Shown here in pieces: positions 17,582 to 26,010 of a stretch of 32,000 nt of DNA; within the stretch, counting starts at the first letter, position 1; each line of letters begins with the position of its first letter. Below the pieces are notes generated by a model, which saw only the letters and a list, made by a program, of their open reading frames with translations, had not been told where the DNA came from and did no database searches. The position numbers were made by a program, and so were the translations under genes. This DNA comes from Ignicoccus islandicus DSM 13165 (GTDB taxonomy: Archaea; Thermoproteota; Thermoprotei_A; Sulfolobales; Ignicoccaceae): contig NZ_CP006867.1 of NCBI RefSeq assembly GCF_001481685.1, forward strand, positions 1,020,001-1,052,000, written 5' to 3'.

Positions 17582-18148
17582 ATGAAGGCTCTCGTAACTG
17601 CGTTACTGCTCTCAGCTCTAGTTTCCGCTTACATAGTAGGGGCACCGGAGCCCCATTGCTCTACCTGCCACACTCCAGCGAACCCGGTTAAGTTCGAGGT
17701 CAAGGGATTACCTAAGTACTACGTTCCGGGAAAGGAATATAACGTAACTATAGCTATAACGGAGAAATGCGAAGGGAAGTGCTGCGAAGGCTTCTACTTC
17801 TCTATACCAGCGGGAGATGTTAAGGTGAGCGATCCGAAGGCGATGAAGGTAGAGAGACCTCCCTTTGGAACCCCCTATCTGACTCACACTGAAGAGGGTA
17901 GGTTCAGAACTTCTTGGAGCTTCAAGTGGATAGCGCCTAAGGAGAGGATACCTCTAACCTTTACCGTTTCAGTACTCAAGGCAAACTGCGATAACGAGCC
18001 TACCGGAGACAACTTTTCTATAAAAGAGATAAAGGTATACCCGGAAGGGTACGTGCCTCCTAAGAGCTCTAACAGGTTGCCTTACTTGATAATAGGCGTT
18101 GCATCGATAGCCATTGCGACTCTGTTGCTAATACTCGCTATAGCGTAA
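17582..18148 (+). CDS. Secreted/membrane-anchored protein with a CxxCH motif near the N-terminus and a C-terminal TM helix
   Basis: Signal peptide MKALVTALLLSALVSAYIVG, then PHCSTCHTPANP, four further Cys, C-terminal LPYLIIGVASIAIATLLLILAI. Confidence 0.85.
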   Translation: MKALVTALLLSALVSAYIVGAPEPHCSTCHTPANPVKFEVKGLPKYYVPGKEYNVTIAITEKCEGKCCEGFYFSIPAGDVKVSDPKAMKVERPPFGTPYLTHTEEGRFRTSWSFKWIAPKERIPLTFTVSVLKANCDNEPTGDNFSIKEIKVYPEGYVPPKSSNRLPYLIIGVASIAIATLLLILAIA

Positions 18149-18184
18149 GGGCTTTTAGTTAGTTCAGCGAGGCTTTTTCTAGAA

Positions 18185-19204
18185 ATGCGCGTAAAATTGC
18201 TAGCTCTCATAGTAATTGCCCTCGCAATTTCCTCCCGCTCGCTACCGGTAATAGAACTGCACCAAGCGTATTACCAACTAGGCGAGCTAAGTCACGCAAC
18301 CGTAGTTGTTAGATCTGATTCGAATGAGGATTACCATGTAAGGGTTAAGTTAATTGGCGCGAAGCTGGAAAGCGGCGGAAACTCAATTGAATTCGCGAGG
18401 AAGGTTAAGTCGGGAGAGGCCATAAGGATCGATTTGAACTTCGTACCGAGGGAACCGGTAACTCGAATTAGATTGGAAGTGAACTCCGTTAAGGCCGAAG
18501 GCCTCTTGGGAAAGGTCCCCGTCCCAGGAGCGCTAGCCGAATACGAGATAAGAGAAAAGGTCATATCTATAGGGCTCTGGAACCCCCTTAGTAAGGCCGT
18601 TCGCTTCGTGGTTTCCTTCAATGCCGCCAATCCAGTTAAGGAGGTAGTTGAGAAGAAGTGCATCGAGAGGGGAACGGCGTACTCCACCTATTACTATTGC
18701 TTGAAGAAGACGTGTGCCGTGCCGTTCTACGGCAATTTGAACTGTACCAAGTGGGAGACCGTAGAGGAAGTGAACTACAGCTGCATTGAGTGGAGAGATG
18801 GGGGTTGCACCAAGTACTTGGTCGTCCCGATACGCCTCAATAAGTGCGTTGAAATGGTGGCCGGACCGGGATGTCTCTTATGGACGTGCGCGAAGTGGAA
18901 GGTAGAAAGGGAACCAGTGGAGTTCTGCAAGGTCGAAGTAACGGAGGTGAGGAAGCTCTGGCCTTCCTACGCTTTGTGGAGCGGGGAAGTGGAAGGTTTT
19001 GCGGAACTAAAGGTTCCATTCGAGTACAAGGAGGGGTCCCTCGAAGCTGGAGGAAACGAGGTCACGCTGTTCAGTGTTTACGCAGATGGAGAATTGGTCT
19101 TAGAGGCTAGGGAGAGCGCGTTCCCCGATATAATTCCTTTTATAGAGACGCTCATCCTGTACGCATTTTCCTTCTATTTCCTTTGGAGGAGTACCCACGG
19201 GTGA
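18185..19204 (+). CDS. Secreted, Cys-rich, C-terminally membrane-anchored protein
   Basis: Signal peptide, beta-rich N-terminal part, Cys-rich middle (KKCIERG...CLKKTCAVP...CTKWE...CIEW...CLLWTCAKW), C-terminal TM. Confidence 0.85.
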   Translation: MRVKLLALIVIALAISSRSLPVIELHQAYYQLGELSHATVVVRSDSNEDYHVRVKLIGAKLESGGNSIEFARKVKSGEAIRIDLNFVPREPVTRIRLEVNSVKAEGLLGKVPVPGALAEYEIREKVISIGLWNPLSKAVRFVVSFNAANPVKEVVEKKCIERGTAYSTYYYCLKKTCAVPFYGNLNCTKWETVEEVNYSCIEWRDGGCTKYLVVPIRLNKCVEMVAGPGCLLWTCAKWKVEREPVEFCKVEVTEVRKLWPSYALWSGEVEGFAELKVPFEYKEGSLEAGGNEVTLFSVYADGELVLEARESAFPDIIPFIETLILYAFSFYFLWRSTHG

Positions 19205-19210
19205 TAGGGT

Positions 19211-20386
19211 TTGAGGGCCTTGCTTCTCATCGCTGCATCGCTAATACTAGCGTTCGCTTGCGTGGACGTTACCGTTTACCCGCTGAGCCAGTTCAAGCCC
19301 TTCGAAACGTCCACAGCGGTCTTTCGACTCCACTCCGAATGCCAAGCCGAGGTAAAGCTAATTGCGAAAATTTCCAATGCGACTGTTAGCGGAGCCAAGG
19401 GATTCGATTCAGTTGTTTCCAACTTGCTTATCTTGGAAAGGGAGCTCAAGAAGGGCGACCTAACCGCCTTCGCCACGCTCGTTCCTACCTCCGACAGAGT
19501 CAGCGTCCATATTTCTCTTTATATAAATGGAAGGCTTTCCAAGGACGAGGTAACGTACTTGGGAACGCCGCCTTGCGTCAGGGTCTACGCCTCCTCGCTG
19601 AATTTGAGGGATGCGTTAAAGGGCTTCGAAGTACCGGAGAACGCTAAGGCGCTCGATGTGCTTGTAATTAATCAGTGCGATGAACGTGTCTCGAGCTTGC
19701 TAAGCGTTAGGTTCCCGTTGGGCAAGGCGATGCTTTTCGCTCCCTACTACAAATGCGACGAATACGAGACCATAGCGTACACTGTTAAGGAATGCGCCAA
19801 AGACGAGTTAGGAACGCCGATTACAATTTGCGTAAAGAGCTCCAATACCGGACCCTTCAAGACCATTTACGTGAAGAAGAGCGCCCAACCGGTAGTGAGG
19901 AAGTGCACGGATTGCGTTCCAGTAGAGACGGCGAACGGAACTAATTACGTTTGTTCGAAATGCGAAACGTATGTTAGGGAACCAGAAGTTCTGGAGGAGA
20001 TATCCGTTAGGGAGCCTAGATGCTTCGAGACGAGGTGCGCGAAATGGAACGAAATAGCTAGGACCCTAAGGGTTTGTAGGGAGTGGAGCGGTAAGGCGAT
20101 TCGATCGAACGTTGAAGTAATAGGCAACTACTTCTCCTTGGAAGTTCACTTAGATAGAGGGGAAGCTAAGGAGTACCTCATACCCTTCGTCCTCACTCAG
20201 AGGTATTACGTAATAGGTTCCTTCTCGAGGGCAGTTGAAGTTCCAGTAGCGGTAATTGAGTACGGAGGAAGCGAGGTTAGGGTGAACGAAGCAATACCTA
20301 ACTACGGATACGTCTTCACAGTATTACTAACGGTCCTCTCCCTTCTCTCAATTTCGTATTTCTTGATGAAAGTAGTGGGAGGATAG
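19211..20386 (+). CDS. Secreted, Cys-rich, C-terminally membrane-anchored protein (architectural paralogue of the preceding gene)
   Basis: TTG start, signal peptide, Cys-rich middle (RKCTDC...YVCSKCETY...PRCFETRCAKWNE...CREW), C-terminal TM YVFTVLLTVLSLLSISYFLM. Confidence 0.85.
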   Translation: MRALLLIAASLILAFACVDVTVYPLSQFKPFETSTAVFRLHSECQAEVKLIAKISNATVSGAKGFDSVVSNLLILERELKKGDLTAFATLVPTSDRVSVHISLYINGRLSKDEVTYLGTPPCVRVYASSLNLRDALKGFEVPENAKALDVLVINQCDERVSSLLSVRFPLGKAMLFAPYYKCDEYETIAYTVKECAKDELGTPITICVKSSNTGPFKTIYVKKSAQPVVRKCTDCVPVETANGTNYVCSKCETYVREPEVLEEISVREPRCFETRCAKWNEIARTLRVCREWSGKAIRSNVEVIGNYFSLEVHLDRGEAKEYLIPFVLTQRYYVIGSFSRAVEVPVAVIEYGGSEVRVNEAIPNYGYVFTVLLTVLSLLSISYFLMKVVGG

Positions 20387-20411
20387 GAGCCCAGAGACCC
20401 CGTAGGGGGTG

Positions 20412-20558
20412 TGGTGGGCCCGGGGGGATTTGAACCCCCGACCTACGGGTCTCTCCTCCCGGGTCTTAACGCTCCAGACGACGATCATCGCCTTTCGGCT
20501 CTACCAGACCCGTAGTACGTCTGGAGCCCGCCGCTCTGCCTGGCTGAGCTACGGGCCC
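20412..20558 (-). tRNA. tRNA-Trp(CCA) with a 70-nt intron (20451..20520) at the canonical 37/38 position
   Basis: Exons GGGCCCGTAGCTCAGCCAGGCAGAGCGGCGGGCTCCAG + ACCCGTAGGTCGGGGGTTCAAATCCCCCCGGGCCCACCA fold to a full cloverleaf. BHB: CTCC pairs with GGAG, flanked by two 3-nt AGA bulges. Confidence 0.95.
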
Positions 20559-20885
20559 ACCATATCTCATCCGTTGGTCCGATATCTAACGCTCGTAAAC
20601 CAGTTTATAAGTGTTTATATCAACGCACCTTCGTTAAGTTCATTTCCAAGCATCGAAATACCGTTACCGATGCTAATGCGTTTCGGTGATGGTACTATAT
20701 TTACGGAGTGCGTGCTATATCGTTATTATAAGAACTTTCTCGAGGTAGGTCTGAGAGTATTATCCAAACTGCATATGGTTATTTAGTTACGGCTGGTACC
20801 GTAGGGTGCTTATGCAATTAATATATCCCCGTTCGCTACGCCAATTTGGTTACAAGCTTAGAGAACGCTAGACGGGGCGGGAAAT

Positions 20886-21446
20886 ATGATAGGGTTATTA
20901 AAAGGTTTTATTCTGCAGCTCTCTAGTATGCCAATATCTAGCATGCCAATAACTACTAACCGAAATAAGGGATCAGGGAGGAAAGCCATATTAGTGCGTT
21001 TCAACGACCGTGCATTAAAGAAGTCTATTTTTAGGTACCAACTATGGAGAATCATTTCGCTAACATACGTTAATGGCCCCATGCCTATAGAGGGCTCGAA
21101 CGCGCTAAATCAAGGATTCATTGGAGTTCCGTTAAGAGGACCACCTCGAGACAAGTTCTTTCTCTATATTCTAGTACGTGAGAGCATCGTGGGAAGGAAG
21201 CTATCGAGGAAGTACGAGAAGTTTCTCGAAAAGGAGATCTCGAGAATTGTTGAAGAAATTTTCGAGAATAGAGACGAAATAGATGCGAAAGACTTCATCG
21301 AGAAATTCTTCTCAAACATTGAGGAGAGACTAAATATGAGATTAGAGAACAAGGAGATTCTGTACGACTTCTTTACTACTGGTCGAACAGTTAAGCGACG
21401 AGGTGGTGAGGCAATAGAACTAATATATAATGACCTTGCTTCGTAA
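20886..21446 (+). CDS. Hypothetical protein (up to 186 aa)
   Basis: ORF with coding-like charged C-terminal half (KLSRKYEKFLEKEISRIVEEIFENRDEIDAKDFIEKFF...). Start uncertain. Confidence 0.45.
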   Translation: MIGLLKGFILQLSSMPISSMPITTNRNKGSGRKAILVRFNDRALKKSIFRYQLWRIISLTYVNGPMPIEGSNALNQGFIGVPLRGPPRDKFFLYILVRESIVGRKLSRKYEKFLEKEISRIVEEIFENRDEIDAKDFIEKFFSNIEERLNMRLENKEILYDFFTTGRTVKRRGGEAIELIYNDLAS

Positions 21447-21655
21447 ATCACTATGTAATGTTTTTAATAAGGACACGTTGTCAGTAACGAGTATTTTTCT
21501 AATGCCTCTCGGAGCCCTTCCATGGTTTATCTATACGAGCAATCTTAACTACTTCAATTCCACCTTGAATAGCGAAGCGTAGTTACCGTTTATATGGAAA
21601 GTAAATTGGGGTAACTCTTAGATATCGCGATTCCTCGCACAACTCCTCGAAACAG

Positions 21656-23710
21656 TTACTTGAACGCATCAATTAAAAAGAGAATGTCTTTAATGGCGGT
21701 TTCCATCACTTCTTCAACGTTACGAGATGACCTTTGATAATCGAATATCTTTGCAAGCCACCATGAAAGGTACCTCCTCTTGATGTCCTCATCTAAATGT
21801 TCTAATCCGCTCCCTAGTCCCCAAGATCTCACGTGAGCATCTACTATTTCGCGCAACCTCAAGGATCTACCAGTTTCCCCTTCACTGAGTTTAATCAAAA
21901 CTTCCCTATCCATCATCTTATCGAAGACCTTCTCGAAACTTTCGATTAGTTTGAACCAAGCCGTTAGCCAAATCGGACCATTTGTAACGAGTTCTTTAAT
22001 CTTAGGTGGAACTTCTCGCTCCAGAAATTCCAGCACTTCGTTGAGCAAGCTCTCTTCTACTTCCACTTCCGCGTTATCCAGACGGCATGCGACTTTCTCT
22101 TCACACGCTCTGTAGAGGTCGCAATATCGAACGTCGCAGAAGGCCAAGCGGTGGCGAAGCGCGACCAATCTATGTGCTCTGTTTTTATTCCCTATAACGC
22201 ATCTATATCTTCCCTTGAAAGCTGCCACAGATTCTCCTAAAAGATCTCCTAGAACTGGAGAAATAGCGATTCTGACGACATCGGTCGATTCGCTTATCGA
22301 CTGAATGTCGCCTTTTAATTCTTCAATTAAATTGCTATACGAAAGCTTACCGAATTCGAAGCTAGGAATCTCGATAACTAAATCAACGTATAACCTACTA
22401 CCATGGAGTTCCGCACAATTACACCTAGCTCTCTTGATCCCTTCATCTATGTTACAAGGGTACGCAACGATACGATTTATCCTAATAGGTAAGACCCTTC
22501 GAGCGCATTGATGTGTAATACCCACTAGCGTTTCTAATGCATTTAAAAGTCCATTGGCTTCAACGGATTCGAGGCAAGCCATTAAATGGGCTTTAGGTTT
22601 ATCCAGCGGTAGCTTTATGCTATTAACTCGAATGTAGCAATCTAATCCTCGCGAAAGGGCTTCGCAAAGCGTCCCCGGAGGTATGTGACGAAAGACGTCC
22701 TCTGGTTGCGGAAGCACTGGTCTCTTTCTTTCCGTTAAAGTGAACATTTCCATGGCGATTCTCGCTTTCTCTTGGTCGCTAGCTTCCTTACTTTCCTTTA
22801 CAATCTTCAGAATGAACTTGTACCTCCTTTTAATGCAAGGTCTAACCCGCAGGCACGGCGTCAGACTGAAGTACTTGACGCTATAGTCACATCGGCTAAC
22901 ATCGAAGCCTCTCCGGAACCTATCGGGCAACGTTCTAAGCAATTTTTCCAATGGATCGACGTTCCCTATGTTCTCTTCTAATACTTCGCTTGCCTCGCGT
23001 ACTAGGTGGTTTACTAAAGAAAGTAGCGTACATACGTCGTTTGGTATGCACGCTTCTATGCGGAGTTTGTTCCATACAACTCCGTAGGCGCCCTTAATTA
23101 TTCTCGATTTGCTACAATCCGTTGGCAAATAAGTAGTCATTTCGTATATAGCGCTCTGTATCCCGGCAGTCAATGGCTTAATACTTTTTTCGATATAGGG
23201 AAATTTCTGATGACAATTTGAATGCTCTCTTAAGCTCATAACTTTCAAGTCAACCCTCTTGCGAATTACTTCGTCGTTACCGTACTTCTTATTCAATCTA
23301 CTCAAGAAGTTGCAGTGCAAGTTTTGATTCTCATAGAATAGTACTATGACCACCAGCTCGACTCTGTTATTACTTTCGTTTAGTAGCTCTTTTGCTGTTT
23401 TCAGCATTTCATCTACTGCTGCAGTTGGGTGCCTAACCGAGGAATCGGAGTAGGTGACTTTGATGGTGTATGGAGAGGTCGTTGTGAACGGTATCTTCAT
23501 GCATTTCTTACTGCCACAGGTTTCGAACCACTCTTCGCCGAAGTCGTTCCTAGGCGCGTAGAGATGTACGTTTTCAACTAGCTCGCCTTGAGGCTTCGTT
23601 TCAACTAAGTAATGGCTTACGAGCAACGCGTTAAGTACTTTTAAGGCTCTATTGAGGTCGTCGGTGAATATGTATAATAGTTTACGTCTACCTTCTCTCA
23701 CTCCTCCCAC
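21656..23710 (-). CDS. Large uncharacterised soluble Cys-rich protein (684 aa), second gene of a two-gene operon
   Basis: Long uninterrupted ORF overlapping the upstream gene by 13 nt. Paired cysteines (CGSKKC, CNC, CDVRYCDLYRAC). No TM segments. Confidence 0.85.
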   Translation of the reverse strand: MGGVREGRRKLLYIFTDDLNRALKVLNALLVSHYLVETKPQGELVENVHLYAPRNDFGEEWFETCGSKKCMKIPFTTTSPYTIKVTYSDSSVRHPTAAVDEMLKTAKELLNESNNRVELVVIVLFYENQNLHCNFLSRLNKKYGNDEVIRKRVDLKVMSLREHSNCHQKFPYIEKSIKPLTAGIQSAIYEMTTYLPTDCSKSRIIKGAYGVVWNKLRIEACIPNDVCTLLSLVNHLVREASEVLEENIGNVDPLEKLLRTLPDRFRRGFDVSRCDYSVKYFSLTPCLRVRPCIKRRYKFILKIVKESKEASDQEKARIAMEMFTLTERKRPVLPQPEDVFRHIPPGTLCEALSRGLDCYIRVNSIKLPLDKPKAHLMACLESVEANGLLNALETLVGITHQCARRVLPIRINRIVAYPCNIDEGIKRARCNCAELHGSRLYVDLVIEIPSFEFGKLSYSNLIEELKGDIQSISESTDVVRIAISPVLGDLLGESVAAFKGRYRCVIGNKNRAHRLVALRHRLAFCDVRYCDLYRACEEKVACRLDNAEVEVEESLLNEVLEFLEREVPPKIKELVTNGPIWLTAWFKLIESFEKVFDKMMDREVLIKLSEGETGRSLRLREIVDAHVRSWGLGSGLEHLDEDIKRRYLSWWLAKIFDYQRSSRNVEEVMETAIKDILFLIDAFK

Positions 23711-25881
23711 TCCTCATCCCAATCTGAATAGAAGTCAGCTAAAGCACCGATCGAGTGGGCCAATCTGTGTTCGAAGTTCGAGTAGACTATGCAATCTGAA
23801 CCCCCCTCGGGGCTTGTTGCCTCATAATACTTGTTAGGAACCCTTTCAAGCGTCCTCGAGATCCCAACCAGTTTACACGTCCTTACTGAGCCTTCCTTAG
23901 ATGGCTCGCCTCTCCGGACGTATATACCGAAAGCGTGTTGGGTTCCCTCCTCGCTCATCAGCACTTCGGTTATTCTCGAAATATTACTGCTTATCTCTAA
24001 GTTATCCTCTCCCGAGGGTACCATTATGAAATACACTGATTCCGGAGGGTTCATTGCGTACAAGAGGAACCTATCGGTAGCGTCGCCTTGTAGGCTAAGT
24101 ACGAGCGATGGTGTTCTTAGTTCTATCGATTTTCCATACTTTTGTACTGGTATGAAATAGAATTTGTCTCTCAATATCAGCGCTGATTCCAGTGATGGCG
24201 AGAGCACAAGGGTATCCTTTGGGTCGATAACTGTCAGACAGTATTTCATGTCCCTCTTCAACCCTTCCTCTGTACACCACAAGTGCTTCTGAGGATCTCT
24301 GTCAACGATTGTTATAGACGTAACCACTGGATAATCCGAAATAGAACATAGATAGCCTTCTCTACTTCCGTTCTCCTCCAGTTCCACGCTTTCATTGGAG
24401 GGAACGTTTATTTCAGAGCTTCCAGAAGTAGCTTCCAAACGTTCGCTGTGAACTGGAGGTCGCTTAACCCCATAGAAATAATCTGGCATTACCTCGAGGA
24501 ACTTACCGAAGGCTTGTTCTATTAAGATCACGTGGGTTAATACTCTAGAGAAGACTCCGAATCCTAAAATGATTATTCTATTTGACCTTAGAAGGTGATG
24601 GAACCTGAGTGTTCTTCCAAATACGTTATCTAATTTCACGCAAGGCATGGATTCAGCATGAAACAACCTTCTCATAAGGTCGAGACTTGAAGCGACCAGT
24701 GACGACACAGAGAATATCTTTATGGGAAAGATGTAATCGATTACGTCCGAACTGCTTCGAGTCTCGTCAAGCGCAAGTGGATATATTACTAGGAAGAGGA
24801 GCGATACAAGTAGGGGTAGGAACATCCAAAGGTACTTCAAGATGCAATCGGGCGATTTCGTAAAGTACTTCCATTTAAACGGACATTCTAACATCAGCGG
24901 TATTGAATATGGCCATATAAAGTAATCTCTCCCATCTGAGTGCAACTTCGAAGATGGATTCGAAGCGAAGTAGAAGAGCTCCAAGGCGTATATTACGTTG
25001 AAGTAAAATAGGGTGAAAAGGGAGATTTGAGGGATCATGTTCTCTAGGAACGTTATCAGATCTCCCTGCGGTTCTGCTGCGTTCGCAGAGATAAGCCCAA
25101 GGGCCAACGTAATAACCCATGCCACCGCGTACTCTAATATAACTTCATTGCTTCCCTGAGCCCTCGGGAATAGATGCGTAAAGTAGATTAGATTAAAGGC
25201 CACAACTACGGCTTCAAGAACTGTTACGCAAAGCTGGTATAGGTACCGGTATAAATATGGTACGTGCTCGGAGTGGACGACATCATGCCACGTAAGTGTA
25301 GGCATTATAACTACGATCATGAAGAGAAAGAGACCGAGCCTAGAGTAGGGAGGATACTTATGAACGTATTTATCTAGTACTTTTAACGAAAACTCAGGCT
25401 TGCCCATATGTACTAGAAGAAGTGTTAAAACTAGAGGTGTTAGAAAAAACAGTAAGCACGTAAGTGGGGTCGATAGAAGTGAGAGCAGATGTGAGAGCAA
25501 CTGAATAGTTATATCCAATATTATAATCAGCATGGGATTGACAAGTTCGCTGAGGATAAGCTCGATCGAATTTATAAGTAGCGTTCTCAACGAGTCTGAC
25601 AATACCACGAGGACGTAAAAGATGGTAGATAAGGTAAAGGCGACCATCCTCAAGAAAATGGACTTTCTGCGCAATAGCAGTTTTAAGGAGGCAAAAAGTA
25701 ATAGTGAGATAAATGTTGTAATCAAGAAGGAACTACTGTAACTTGGAAGGTTCGAATTGCGATAACTTAGTAATTGCGAAAAGTATAAGTTAGCCACCAA
25801 TAACGCGGCAACGAGTTGCGCAAGCAATACTGCTAGATAAGCAATAGTCTCTATGTCGGCCCTGTCCTCCGCTTTACTCAA
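23698..25881 (-). CDS. Uncharacterised polytopic membrane protein (~10-11 TM) with C-terminal RCK/TrkA-N-like Rossmann domain (727 aa)
   Basis: Hydrophobic N-terminal ~430 aa. Then RIIILGFGVFSRVLTHVIL (beta1), SITIVDRDPQ (beta2 acid), LQGDATDRFLLYAM...VYFIMVPSGEDNLEISSNI (RCK GDATD and D/EDN motifs). Confidence 0.8.
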   Translation of the reverse strand: MSKAEDRADIETIAYLAVLLAQLVAALLVANLYFSQLLSYRNSNLPSYSSSFLITTFISLLLFASLKLLLRRKSIFLRMVAFTLSTIFYVLVVLSDSLRTLLINSIELILSELVNPMLIIILDITIQLLSHLLSLLSTPLTCLLFFLTPLVLTLLLVHMGKPEFSLKVLDKYVHKYPPYSRLGLFLFMIVVIMPTLTWHDVVHSEHVPYLYRYLYQLCVTVLEAVVVAFNLIYFTHLFPRAQGSNEVILEYAVAWVITLALGLISANAAEPQGDLITFLENMIPQISLFTLFYFNVIYALELFYFASNPSSKLHSDGRDYFIWPYSIPLMLECPFKWKYFTKSPDCILKYLWMFLPLLVSLLFLVIYPLALDETRSSSDVIDYIFPIKIFSVSSLVASSLDLMRRLFHAESMPCVKLDNVFGRTLRFHHLLRSNRIIILGFGVFSRVLTHVILIEQAFGKFLEVMPDYFYGVKRPPVHSERLEATSGSSEINVPSNESVELEENGSREGYLCSISDYPVVTSITIVDRDPQKHLWCTEEGLKRDMKYCLTVIDPKDTLVLSPSLESALILRDKFYFIPVQKYGKSIELRTPSLVLSLQGDATDRFLLYAMNPPESVYFIMVPSGEDNLEISSNISRITEVLMSEEGTQHAFGIYVRRGEPSKEGSVRTCKLVGISRTLERVPNKYYEATSPEGGSDCIVYSNFEHRLAHSIGALADFYSDWDEEWEE

Positions 25882-26010
25882 CCTACTGGGACCGCGTACT
25901 TCCTCAATACGAGACTTATATTAGGCTTCTCGTTTTCAAGTATTTAAACTTTGGGTCGGTAGTAACGTTTTAATTCCAATACCTTCGTCAGAAAATGTGC
26001 GTGAAATCGC

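Noticed and set aside
20409-20786. ORF MWWARGDLNPRPTGLSSRV...
   Set aside because: GDLNPRP is the classic translation of an antisense tRNA T-arm. The ORF starts inside the tRNA-Trp gene.
21656-23710. CARF/SAVED-type CRISPR ancillary effector identity for the 684-aa protein
   Set aside because: The N-terminal region vaguely resembles a Rossmann-like sensor, but I could not point to diagnostic motifs or a nuclease domain. Left as uncharacterised.
24095-25120. Assorted short antisense ORFs (and similar ones throughout the window)
   Set aside because: Shadow ORFs opposite well-supported long coding genes, with no independent evidence.
23698-25881. Classical K+ channel or Trk/Ktr transporter
   Set aside because: RCK-like C-terminal motifs are present but no TVGYG/selectivity-filter or KtrB-like pore-loop motif is visible in the membrane half.
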